Of a DNA stretch of 37,192 nucleotides, positions 16,471 through 24,825 are shown piece after piece. How positions within the stretch are numbered: position 1 is the stretch's first letter; every line of letters starts with the position of its first letter. The translations under genes were made by a program, and so were the position numbers. The notes under the pieces were generated by a model. The model saw only the letters and a program-made list of their open reading frames with translations. It was not told the DNA's origin and ran no database searches. The DNA is from Candidatus Solincola sediminis (lineage in GTDB: Bacteria > Actinomycetota > Geothermincolia > Geothermincolales > RBG-13-55-18), in contig MELM01000012.1 in NCBI GenBank assembly GCA_001767605.1, positions 1 through 37,192 of the forward strand. Direction: 5' to 3'.

Positions 16471-17142
16471 CTAATCCTTGGCGTCTTTGAAGTCGATCCT
16501 GTCGTGGCTTCCATCGCAGAAGGGTTTGTTCTTCGATGACCCGCACCTGCAACAGCAGCAGTGCTCCGTCGAGACACTCTCAGCCCTCGGCTCGCATCCA
16601 ACGACTTCTATGCCCCCGACCAGACAATACGGCCCATCCTTTGCCACGATCGCCGCTGGTTTTCGTTCTGGGTCCTTTTGTTCTACCCCATCAATGCTGT
16701 AACTGAGCGCTCCGGACGGGCACTTCTCAATCACCGCGATGATATCCTCGGGGTCGGCCGCGTCCGGGTCTATCCAGGGCCTTGCCTCCTTCCGAAAGAC
16801 AGCAGGCAGCTCACGCCAGCAGAACCCGGCGTGAGAACAGAGATATCGGTTGTCATGGATGGTTATCCTTTTGCCTGCATAGTCACGGCCCCCGTTGACT
16901 GACCCATCCGACTCTTTCCTTCCACTAAAGCCGATCTTCACATGCGTGCCGTCACAAAAAAGTTTGTCTGCGGAACCTCCGCAACGGCAGAGGCAGACCG
17001 GCTCTTCACAGGAGATCTCGTTGCCGTGCCAATCATAAATGACGTTGCCTTCCGGATTGACCTCGTTCTCATATAGCAAAGGCCCGTCCTGTAGGGGGAT
17101 TAATCTCGCCTTCTTTGGCTGATTTCGTTTTGGTTTAGTCAT
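16471..17142 (-). CDS. iron-sulfur protein with two CDGSH motifs flanking a divergent 4Fe-4S mono-cluster domain
   Basis: ORF-track 223 aa. CLCRCGGSADKLFCDGTH and CCCRCGSSKNKPFCDGSH are CDGSH motifs. The middle stretch LCSHAGFCWRELPAVF...IEKCPSGAL is Fer4_19-like. Confidence 0.8.
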   Translation of the reverse strand: MTKPKRNQPKKARLIPLQDGPLLYENEVNPEGNVIYDWHGNEISCEEPVCLCRCGGSADKLFCDGTHVKIGFSGRKESDGSVNGGRDYAGKRITIHDNRYLCSHAGFCWRELPAVFRKEARPWIDPDAADPEDIIAVIEKCPSGALSYSIDGVEQKDPERKPAAIVAKDGPYCLVGGIEVVGCEPRAESVSTEHCCCCRCGSSKNKPFCDGSHDRIDFKDAKD

Positions 17143-17253
17143 GAAAGCTCATCTGCTAACGTTTACTACGAGTTTGATTTTAGGAACGACCTTCCACTCC
17201 CTTTTCTTTGCAGATCGATTGCTTGCGGCGCGACGTTTACAGCCCTCCTGAAA

Positions 17254-17568
17254 CTAATCCTTACGATACATGGTGACTACCACGCAGCCGCCAAGGCCGA
17301 TGTTGTGCTGAAGGCCGATCCTTGCGTCTTCTACCTGACGGACTCCGGCTTCTCCGCGCAGTTGCCATACGAGTTCCGCACACAGCAAACCTCCGGATGG
17401 GTTGGTCACGTATTTGCCACCGTAGGTGTTGTCGCCGTCTTCTATGAATTTCTCCGCCGTCCCCTCGGGCGTAAGGCCAAGCCCCTCATACGTGATCAGC
17501 TCGCTGGCGCCGCGAACTCCACCTAATTCAACGTCATCCGGTATTCTTGAAATGCATTCCCTGCACAT
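17254..17568 (-). pseudogene. remnant of an SCP2/SCPx-type thiolase (C-terminal ~100 residues only, with internal in-frame deletion)
   Basis: ...TNPSGGLL|[42 protein letters not shown] matches the extreme C-terminus of this thiolase family. About 290 N-terminal residues are absent and no RBS precedes the ATG. The segment that normally carries the catalytic His (SKGHPxGATGxAQ between GGL and CAEL, as I recall the family) is missing. Confidence 0.6.
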
Positions 17569-17586
17569 AGACTATAGCACCCATAG

Positions 17587-17838
17587 CCGAACCTCCGAAC
17601 GATCTATGTTTATCGTAAAGGACCTAGTGGTTGTTCCGATCAACAGAAGGCCTACGCAGCCGGCAAATGTACGCTTGATGACCAGCCGGGTTATACCTTC
17701 TATTTGGAGGTGGAGGATCTCGAGGGCTGGCTTGTGAGGCATGACACTATAGCGATTACCGTTAAGAATGATTCGGGCACTCAAGTGTATGCTACGCAGG
17801 GAACCATAGCCGGAGGAGCTATCAAGATCGTTAGATAA
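17587..17838 (+). pseudogene. 3-prime fragment of an unidentified (probably secreted, beta-rich) protein gene, no start codon
   Basis: An 83-codon open frame ends at TAA 17836-17838: PNLRTIYVYRKGPSGCSDQQKAYAAGKCTLDDQPGYTFYLEVEDLEGWLVRHDTIAITVKNDSGTQVYATQGTIAGGAIKIVR. It reads as protein-like, but no ATG/GTG/TTG occurs before codon 41. It is followed by a long imperfect hairpin at 17853-17889. Confidence 0.35.
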
Positions 17839-17986
17839 GCATGATTTGATGTATTGCGGGGCAGGGAAAGATTTCCCTCGCCCTGCAATTGGCATGACGG
17901 GTGTTATGATTAGGTCTTTATAAGATATGCCGATACTTCTAAAATCAAAGAGCGTAGAGGCTTGACGGTTTGTTATTCAGGGAAGG

Positions 17987-18823
17987 ATGTGCGTAACGAT
18001 GCCATTGAACGCAAAGGTCCATTACAACCAGATCACCGATGCGTGGAAAGATTTCATGGGGGAACATTTCCATTTCGGCTACTTCGAGACCGAGTCCACA
18101 GACCTGGAAACTGCTGTGGCGGCCCTCACCGACAAGATGCTCGCGCTCGGCGATATCAACCCCGACACTAGGATACTCGACGTCGGCTGCGGCATAGGCG
18201 GCCCCGCGTTCTACATCCATCAAAAGTACAACTGCTTCATAGACGGCATATCCACGAGCGACCGCGGAATCGAACTGGCAAATGCTGCCAGCAAGGAGAA
18301 GGGCTACGATAAAGTCAACTTCAAGGTGGCGGATGGGCAGAAAAACGGCATGCCGGATAAGAGTTACGATATCACCTGGGTCATGGAATCATCGCACATG
18401 ATGTCCAATAAGAAGGCCCTCTTTTCGGAATGCTACAGGGTACTCAAGGATGACGGATCGCTCATCCTCTGCGACCTCATGATGCGGGTTCCCTTTCGCA
18501 AGCAACTCGCCCACTTCGTAAGGAATCCCAGGGAATACCGCGACAACATGAAGACCTTCGGGTTCGCCCAGCTGATACCAATGGGAATGTATGCGAAGCT
18601 CCTGGTAGAAGCTGGCTTTAACAATCTCAAGGTCATGGACATTTCTAAACAGGCTGCACCGACGGGCAAGGTCTGGGCGGAAAATGCCATGAAGTATAGG
18701 GATGCCCAAAGTAAAGGTTTCACTAATGAGGATGTGGACCTGTTCGTGCGCGCCTGCGAAGCAATGCACGGGTGGTTCGAGGAAGGTATTATAGGCTACG
18801 GAATAGTGAAGGCCACGAAGTAA
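17987..18823 (+). CDS. class I SAM-dependent methyltransferase
   Basis: ORF-track 278 aa. Motif I ILDVGCGIGGPAFYI and N-terminal FHFGYF, as in small-molecule or sterol/tocopherol-type methyltransferases. ATG 17999 is an alternative start. Confidence 0.85.
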   Translation: MCVTMPLNAKVHYNQITDAWKDFMGEHFHFGYFETESTDLETAVAALTDKMLALGDINPDTRILDVGCGIGGPAFYIHQKYNCFIDGISTSDRGIELANAASKEKGYDKVNFKVADGQKNGMPDKSYDITWVMESSHMMSNKKALFSECYRVLKDDGSLILCDLMMRVPFRKQLAHFVRNPREYRDNMKTFGFAQLIPMGMYAKLLVEAGFNNLKVMDISKQAAPTGKVWAENAMKYRDAQSKGFTNEDVDLFVRACEAMHGWFEEGIIGYGIVKATK

Positions 18824-18878
18824 CTGGGAGGGCCATGATTCTAAAACGAGCCTTTTGGGTTTGTGTTTCAGCAAAATC

Positions 18879-18887
18879 TGTTATAAT
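18879..18887 (+). promoter_or_regulatory. extended -10 element TGTTATAAT upstream of the RRM-protein gene
   Basis: Exact TGnTATAAT at 18879-18887. The -35 region is poor (TTTGTG). Confidence 0.35.
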
Positions 18888-18927
18888 GAACGAGTATTGG
18901 CCTTTTGAGGCAGGAACGAGATTCTTT

Positions 18928-18957
18928 CCCGAGGGACCCAAAACCTCGGGTTTTTTT
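18928..18957 (+). terminator. canonical intrinsic terminator (CCCGAGG-9 nt-CCTCGGG followed by T7)
   Basis: Stem arms at 18928-18934 and 18944-18950, T-run at 18951-18957. It is 105 nt after the methyltransferase stop and 4 nt before the RBS of the next gene. Confidence 0.8.
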
Positions 18958-18975
18958 CGAGAAGGAGGTGAAAGA

Positions 18976-19248
18976 TTGAAGATATACGCAGGAAACCTGA
19001 GCTACTCGGTGGCTTCCGAGGATCTACGGAAGGCATTCGAAGAGTTCGGTACGGTCGATTCGGCGGACGTGATCATGGATCGCAATACCAACAGGTCCAA
19101 GGGATTTGGTTTCGTGGAGATGTCCAATGACCAGGAAGCGCAAGCAGCCATAACAGGGCTGAATGGCAAGGACCTGGATGGGCGCCCGCTTAACGTAAGT
19201 GAGGCCCGGCCCAAGAGAACCGAATCAAGAGGTTCGTACCGTTATTAA
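18976..19248 (+). CDS. RRM-type RNA-binding protein (90 aa)
   Basis: TTG start at 18976 sits 5 nt after GAAGGAGGTG. It gives MKIYAGNLSY (RNP2) and KGFGFVEM (RNP1). The ORF-track upstream extension to 18772 runs through the terminator and into the methyltransferase gene. Confidence 0.85.
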   Translation: MKIYAGNLSYSVASEDLRKAFEEFGTVDSADVIMDRNTNRSKGFGFVEMSNDQEAQAAITGLNGKDLDGRPLNVSEARPKRTESRGSYRY

Positions 19249-19303
19249 AGCTTTTTGGATCCCGGGCCTTTATATATAGATACCGGGACAAGATTAGCAA
19301 CCT

Positions 19304-19336
19304 AGAGTGGAGGTCTCTGATCTCCGCTCTTTCTTA
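19304..19336 (+). terminator. hairpin AGAGTGGAG-9 nt-CTCCGCTCT followed by TTCTT, between convergent genes
   Basis: 9-bp stem with one G-U pair at 19304-19330, then a T-rich tail. It is 55 nt after the RRM-gene stop and 5 nt from the convergent stop at 19341. Confidence 0.45.
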
Positions 19337-19340
19337 TCCG

Positions 19341-20426
19341 CTACTTATAGGGAGTGAAGTCGATACCCCGGACCTGACCTCGTTTTTCAAACCAGTCCGG
19401 CTCATTCAATGGCGGTACGACGAGCTCCGCTTCTTCCTTGCGAACCAGCTTTATCGCTTCACTCGGACAGGAGCTTACGCAAAGGCCGCACCCGATGCAC
19501 GCCTCTTTAATAAACTGGTACTCGCCGTCTTCTTCGACAATAGCGTTTACCTGGCATCGTTCCTCGGCGCATATGCCGCAATCGGTGCAGAGCTCCGGAT
19601 CCTTCACCGCGTAATAATGGGAATTTATTACAAGTGAAGCCGGTATGCCCAGTTCATGAATGGACCTCAGCACCCCGCAACAGCACTTGCAGCAATTGCA
19701 GATATAGAATTGTCCGGTTTGGACATTGGATGCGAGGTGCACCATGGCTTCATCTTCCGCCTTATTGAGCAATTCGTACGCCTCATCTTTGGATATTATC
19801 CGTCCCGCGGAGAACTGCTCGAAGTACCCGGGTACCGGCGCGATGGCCATGCAGATCTCAACGGTTCTAGCGCACGGGTTTCCAAGCAGCCCTTCTTCCT
19901 TTTTGCATATACAATCGACCACGCGGAATGACTGGCCGGCTTCGATAATCGAAGAGACCTTCTCGTAAACGAGTGCCTCCTGCTCGTTGGGGATGGCTTC
20001 CTCTACCAATACCGTCTGCATCAGTTGCGGTGTTTCTGCAAAGAATTGCCGGGCATATATCGGCCTATATTGATCGTTTAATTCCGCCAGTTCCTTATCC
20101 ATGTGCTCGACCTGGTATTCGAATATACCGAGAATCCAAGGTATCATCTTGAAAAGGCTCGTTCCCCCCAGCCTGACTTCGAATATCTGACCTTTCTCGG
20201 CCATATCCTGTAGCGTCTCCTTGAAGTCTTCTAACGGCCGGCCGGTACGCTCCGCGATCTGCTCGGCTGTTTCGAGCTTTAGCCTCATGTCGCAAAAGAT
20301 GCCGGCTTCCTCCGGCATGAAAATCTTTTTGAGCAACTTGATCTCGACACCGCTTTCGGTAGAAGGGAATCCGTTGGGCAGCGTATCGAGGACTTTGGCC
20401 AACCTTGAGTAAACGTCTTCATTCAT
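19341..20426 (-). CDS. 4Fe-4S dicluster protein with N-terminal winged-helix-like domain
   Basis: ORF-track 361 aa. C-terminal CTDCGICAEERC and CIGCGLCVSSCP ferredoxin motifs plus a CNCCKCCCG cluster. N-terminus VYSRLAKVLDTLPNGFPSTESGVEIKLLKKIF. Confidence 0.8.
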   Translation of the reverse strand: MNEDVYSRLAKVLDTLPNGFPSTESGVEIKLLKKIFMPEEAGIFCDMRLKLETAEQIAERTGRPLEDFKETLQDMAEKGQIFEVRLGGTSLFKMIPWILGIFEYQVEHMDKELAELNDQYRPIYARQFFAETPQLMQTVLVEEAIPNEQEALVYEKVSSIIEAGQSFRVVDCICKKEEGLLGNPCARTVEICMAIAPVPGYFEQFSAGRIISKDEAYELLNKAEDEAMVHLASNVQTGQFYICNCCKCCCGVLRSIHELGIPASLVINSHYYAVKDPELCTDCGICAEERCQVNAIVEEDGEYQFIKEACIGCGLCVSSCPSEAIKLVRKEEAELVVPPLNEPDWFEKRGQVRGIDFTPYK

Positions 20427-20531
20427 GATAAAGGACCTCCCTGGCTTCTTTTTTTCAATTATAACCTAGGGGGCTATAAGCAGCTTGATGCTTATTGCCA
20501 ACAGTGCGGCGGCTACCCAAGGATGTTGGGC

Positions 20532-23363
20532 TTAATATCCGGCTACGTCATCTCCGCCTCTTGCGTGACCGAACGAACCCATGTAATCAAAGTACATGGC
20601 ACGCTCGGCCAGAAGACTGGCCGAGCCGTCTTTAGAACGAACACGGATCGAGAACTCGAGCGATTGCCGCCCCAACACGTCGTTGGCATATACTGTCGTG
20701 CGCGAGTAGGGGGCGAGGGCAACTTCCTCCTGCATCACTTCACCACTCATGAGGATGTAATCCACCACCGCGGTTTTTCCCTCGGCACTGGTGTTCTGAA
20801 TAAGTAGCCAGGTCTCGAATTGCGAACCGTTGTTACCCGTGTAACCTTCGGCGAAATATAAGGTGGATTTGGGTGATGCCGTCCCGAGGCAGTTGTGCCC
20901 ACCCTGCCAGCGCAGGCGATAATCGAAATACATGGCCCGTTCTACCACCACGGGTAGCATTGCGTGAACATGCGCACTTATCATCTTTCCTTCCCCAACA
21001 CAGGCATCGGCATATATCGTGAGGCGACTCATTGCCGCGGCTGTGGCATTGAAAGCCTGGGTGCTTCCGTCCGGGAACATGAAAGTAACCTGGACGGGAT
21101 TTGCTTCGCTGTTGTTATTTGCCACCAGGATATACTCGTCGAAAAGGCTTCCCGACCAACCGGTGTAGCCCTCCGCCAGATACCAGTCATTGCGGGTCTC
21201 GCTTGAAGCTTTCCCGATATGCCCGCCGGAATATGAGCCCTGGTAGGAGAAGTACATGGCGCGCTCGGCTACAACTGGCTGATCGCTCTCGATTCGGGCG
21301 CTAACCTCCCGCCCTTCGCCCACCTCGTTATCCACGTTGATATTGAAGCGGCTGCGGCCGGACACCTGAAAGTCCTTCGTCTCACTCGCTCCCCCTGGAA
21401 ACATATAGGTGACGCGAAAGTTGGCCGTTGCGGTGCCGGGATTAAGAACGAGAATCCATTCATCGAAGGGACTGCCTGAAGTGCCGGTGAAACCTTCCGC
21501 GAAGAAGAGGTCGGCCGTGGGCGCTGTCGAGCCAATCGCCTGGTGTCCCCCGTTTATCTCATTGTGATTGAAATATAAAGCGCGCTCGCAGATAAATCCG
21601 CTGCTGCCCTCTATTATCGATGCCAGCCCGACTTCATTGGGCATCTCCGCATTTGCGAGAACCGTTCGCCTGCTGTGAGCGGGCAGGCTGTGATCGAACT
21701 GCCTCTCAACTCCCTTGTCGTTCATATAAGTAATCGTTACGGTGATGTCATTATCTTCCATATTGGATAGCAGCAGGTATTCATCAAAACCGGGCTGCGT
21801 GCTTCCTTCCGCGAAATACCATTTACTCGGTAGATCCGATGCCGAGGGATTGACTACACTCGCTTCCTCACCCGGCAGGCCGGTTGCGTTGAGCATCCCG
21901 GTGTTAGTTATAGAAGCCCCTGCGGGAAGATCGCTTGCTACCTGTACCCGGAAGGTTACTGTAGCCGCGCCTCCTGCGGAAATCACACCCGCCGCCTGTA
22001 CTTGCGAATTTACGGCGATACCTGTGGCGAGCGGCGTTGTTCCACCGACATCGGGAATGAGAGTTCCATTCAAGGTTGTCGAATGCTCCAGATAAGTAGT
22101 GTAGGGAGGGATTGCATCGGTCATGGAGCACCCCGTCGCCTGCCCGTCACCCTTGTTTGTCGCTAGCAGGGTATAGGTAATGTTTTGCCCCCGGGTAATC
22201 GCTCCGGAAGGAGAAGAAGTTTTCTCTAAGGATAGGGTGGGTCCGGTGCTCTTCCATATCTCGATCCCGGTTGTCGTGTTGTAAGTAGCGACGTAGAGAC
22301 GTTGATTGAAGGGCGCCAGTGCGTAACATCGTTTATTGTCTGTATCTCCAAAACCGTTGGTATTGGCCATTTCCCACGTCGTGCCGTCATAACTCCAGAC
22401 TTCACCTCCGCCGGCGTTCTGAGTGCCGAGGTAGAGGCGGTTTTCAAAGATAGTCATGCTGCGGGAACAGTAATTGGCCGGATCACCATAACCGTCCGTG
22501 TTTGCCTGTACCCATGTGCTGCCATCATATCCCCATACTTCGGTTCCATTTACCTGGTTATAAGTTCCTACGTAAAGGCGGCCGTTGTACTCCAACATGC
22601 TATGACAAAGGTTGTTGGTGTCACCGAAGCCGTCAGGGCTCGCTTTCACCCAAGTGCTGCCGTCGAAACCCCATACCTGAATACCGGTAGTATAGTTCAT
22701 TGTACCCGCATAAAGCCGGCCATTATAGGTTGCCAGATTGTAGCAATAGCCGTTCTGAGGCTCCCCGAATCCACCTGTCGCGGATGCACTCCAGGTGCTA
22801 CCGTCATAGCACCAGACCTCGCACCCTTCCCAGGCATTATAGGTGCATGCATAAAGCTTGCTGTTATATAGGGCCATGCCGAATATGACCAGGTTGGCTA
22901 CTTTTCCGAAACCGCTTGCCGTGGACAGCGACCATGTAGCGCCATCATAGGACCACACTTCCCCGCCGTCGGTGAAATTACATGTGCCGATATAGAGCTT
23001 GCCTTGGTAGACAGCCATTGAATCCGTATAAGTATTGGCCGCATCGCCAAAACCGTCCGTATTCACCTGTGACCACGAATTGTCATCATTGCGACGCCAC
23101 ACTTCAGTTCCCGTCGTCTGGTTGTAAGTGCCTACGTAAAGGTGATTGTCATAAACTTCCATGTCGTAGCTGGCTCGGTTGTTTGTGTCCCCGAAGCCGT
23201 CAGGATTGACCTGAATCCAATCAAGGGGGGCGGCCCGAGCCCGGGCGGAAAAGCCGAGTACGCCTGCGAGAAGGGATGCCACCATAAGCATCACCATAAT
23301 TATTCTGGCCGGCCATCTCTTCAACTCAATCACCTTCGGGGATTCTTTCATGAGTGCGGACAT
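20532..23363 (-). CDS. large secreted / cell-surface repeat protein (7-repeat propeller-like region + DUF11-like domain + 4 C-terminal repeats)
   Basis: ORF-track 943 aa. Signal-like segment IIMVMLMVASLLAGVLGFSARARA. See the two repeat features below. The central segment LEKTSSPSGAITRGQNITYTLLATNKGDGQATG resembles the DUF11 conserved repeat domain. Confidence 0.85.
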   Translation of the reverse strand: MSALMKESPKVIELKRWPARIIMVMLMVASLLAGVLGFSARARAAPLDWIQVNPDGFGDTNNRASYDMEVYDNHLYVGTYNQTTGTEVWRRNDDNSWSQVNTDGFGDAANTYTDSMAVYQGKLYIGTCNFTDGGEVWSYDGATWSLSTASGFGKVANLVIFGMALYNSKLYACTYNAWEGCEVWCYDGSTWSASATGGFGEPQNGYCYNLATYNGRLYAGTMNYTTGIQVWGFDGSTWVKASPDGFGDTNNLCHSMLEYNGRLYVGTYNQVNGTEVWGYDGSTWVQANTDGYGDPANYCSRSMTIFENRLYLGTQNAGGGEVWSYDGTTWEMANTNGFGDTDNKRCYALAPFNQRLYVATYNTTTGIEIWKSTGPTLSLEKTSSPSGAITRGQNITYTLLATNKGDGQATGCSMTDAIPPYTTYLEHSTTLNGTLIPDVGGTTPLATGIAVNSQVQAAGVISAGGAATVTFRVQVASDLPAGASITNTGMLNATGLPGEEASVVNPSASDLPSKWYFAEGSTQPGFDEYLLLSNMEDNDITVTITYMNDKGVERQFDHSLPAHSRRTVLANAEMPNEVGLASIIEGSSGFICERALYFNHNEINGGHQAIGSTAPTADLFFAEGFTGTSGSPFDEWILVLNPGTATANFRVTYMFPGGASETKDFQVSGRSRFNINVDNEVGEGREVSARIESDQPVVAERAMYFSYQGSYSGGHIGKASSETRNDWYLAEGYTGWSGSLFDEYILVANNNSEANPVQVTFMFPDGSTQAFNATAAAMSRLTIYADACVGEGKMISAHVHAMLPVVVERAMYFDYRLRWQGGHNCLGTASPKSTLYFAEGYTGNNGSQFETWLLIQNTSAEGKTAVVDYILMSGEVMQEEVALAPYSRTTVYANDVLGRQSLEFSIRVRSKDGSASLLAERAMYFDYMGSFGHARGGDDVAGY
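20535..21821 (-). repeat. four tandem ~104-108-aa coding repeats (residues 515-943)
   Basis: Each unit starts (W/L)(Y/F)(F/L)AEG(S/F/Y)T and ends ...ERA(L/M)YF. Unit starts are at residues 515, 619, 727 and 835. Confidence 0.85.
22245..23219 (-). repeat. seven tandem ~46-48-aa coding repeats (residues 49-373), beta-propeller-like
   Basis: Units share W-x5-DGFGD-x2-N ... LY(V/I/A)GT-x-N-x3-G-x-EVW and begin at W49, W97, W144, W191, W238, W284 and W330. Confidence 0.85.
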
Positions 23364-23374
23364 CAGAAATCGTA

Positions 23375-23403
23375 TTAATACCTCCTATTATCTGGCTCGT
23401 CAA
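23375..23403 (-). promoter_or_regulatory. candidate promoter TTGACG-17 nt-TATTAA immediately upstream of the surface-protein gene
   Basis: On the minus strand, TTGACG is at 23403-23398 and TATTAA at 23380-23375. Only 11 nt separate the -10 from ATG 23363. The AGGAGG at 23386-23381 falls inside the spacer, 17 nt from the ATG. Confidence 0.3.
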
Positions 23404-23539
23404 TTTCACATTATAATGGGTCATTTCCCTGGTAAACGGTATTATATGGCGGTTTAGAGGGGGTATCTGAGGATTGAGGGCGTGTCACTGCGAGGAGCGT
23501 AGTGACGAAGCAATGACAATCGTTGGATCGATTAGCCGC

Positions 23540-24823
23540 TTACATTCCTTGCAATGACATCAGAACTTGGTCAAAGCCCGGGAAGGAGATATCCACGCAT
23601 TCCCAGCCGGAAATGGCTGTCTCGGCTTCTGCGCACAAAGCCGCCACTGCCAGAGCCATGGCGATGCGATGATCACCGTGTGAATCCACCTGCGTACCTC
23701 GCAGCTTGTTCGGACCTTGTATGCTGAATCCGTCCGGTAACTCGTCGATCCTGGCTCCCATTTTTCTGAGTTCCGTGCATATTGCCGCTATGCGGTCGCT
23801 TTCTTTCACTCTTAATTCACCGGCTCCCCTCACAGTTGTGGTCCCTCTTGCCATGCATCCTATCACCGCAAGCAGCGGCACCTCGTCGATCATGGCGGGG
23901 ACGCGCCATCCTTCAAGCTCGATGCCGGATAGTTGCGTCCCTGAAACCTTTAAGTCACCTCGTGGTTCATTATCCATTTCCTGGTAATTAGCTTCGATAA
24001 TCAGTGCCCCCATTGAATTGAGGACACTCAGGAAGCCGGCCCGAGTAGGATTGAGACCCACATTCTTTAATAGAAGCCTCGATCCTGGTATAACAACGGA
24101 GGCCGCAATGAGAAAAGAGGCGCTCGACATATCGCCCGGAATTGCTATCTCTCGCGATTCCAACGATGATTTCTTAATCGTAATGGCATCGTCTCCAAAT
24201 GAAAGCTCAGCCCCCATCAAAAGGAGCATCCTCTCTGTGTGGTCACGTGAAGAACGACCTCCAATGATGGTCGTCTCGCTATCAGCCTGCAGACCTGCAA
24301 GCATGAGGGCCGACTTGACCTGGGCGCTGTCCACTTCCATTAGATGCTCGATACCATGTAGTGGGCCGCCTTTTATTCTAAGAGGAGGCTTCGTACCATC
24401 TTCGCTCCCTGTGATCTCGGCGCCCATTCGGCGCAATGGTTCGATTATGCGTCCCATAGGACGTGTTCGTAATGATTCATCTCCGGTTATTACGCTCTCG
24501 AAGGAGCGGCCGGCGAGCACACCGGCCAAAAAGCGCATGGTAGTTGCGGAATTCCCGGCATCCAACACATCGTGGGGCTGGCGAAAGGCTTCCGGACCGT
24601 GCCCCTCGATTGTAAGTGCATCATCTTCCAGCTTCCAATTAATACCTAGTTCTCTCAGGCAGTTAAGAGTGCTCAGGCAGTCGCCTGAGCGAAGGAACGG
24701 CCGAGCGACAGTCTCCCCTTCCGCAAGCGCTCCCAGTATGGCGGCCCGGTGGGATATGGATTTATCCGGTGGGACTTCTACCTGTCCGCGAAGGGAGGAG
24801 ACACCGTGGAAAGTCATATCCAT
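23540..24823 (-). CDS. aroA: 3-phosphoshikimate 1-carboxyvinyltransferase (EPSP synthase)
   Basis: ORF-track 427 aa. PPDKSISHRAAILGALAEGET, LDAGNSATTMRFLAG and the RVKESDR motif. Confidence 0.9.
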   Translation of the reverse strand: MDMTFHGVSSLRGQVEVPPDKSISHRAAILGALAEGETVARPFLRSGDCLSTLNCLRELGINWKLEDDALTIEGHGPEAFRQPHDVLDAGNSATTMRFLAGVLAGRSFESVITGDESLRTRPMGRIIEPLRRMGAEITGSEDGTKPPLRIKGGPLHGIEHLMEVDSAQVKSALMLAGLQADSETTIIGGRSSRDHTERMLLLMGAELSFGDDAITIKKSSLESREIAIPGDMSSASFLIAASVVIPGSRLLLKNVGLNPTRAGFLSVLNSMGALIIEANYQEMDNEPRGDLKVSGTQLSGIELEGWRVPAMIDEVPLLAVIGCMARGTTTVRGAGELRVKESDRIAAICTELRKMGARIDELPDGFSIQGPNKLRGTQVDSHGDHRIAMALAVAALCAEAETAISGWECVDISFPGFDQVLMSLQGM

Positions 24824-24825
24824 TA

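Noticed and set aside
17572-17895. 107-aa minus-strand ORF
   Set aside because: It has no RBS and its product is featureless. It is antisense to a frame with much more protein-like sequence, and the region looks like a junction of two gene fragments.
18772-18975. Upstream extension of the RRM-protein ORF (the 158-aa version)
   Set aside because: It would start inside the methyltransferase gene and translate through an intrinsic terminator. RRM proteins begin at the MKIYxGNL RNP2 motif, which here follows a perfect GAAGGAGGTG RBS with a TTG start.
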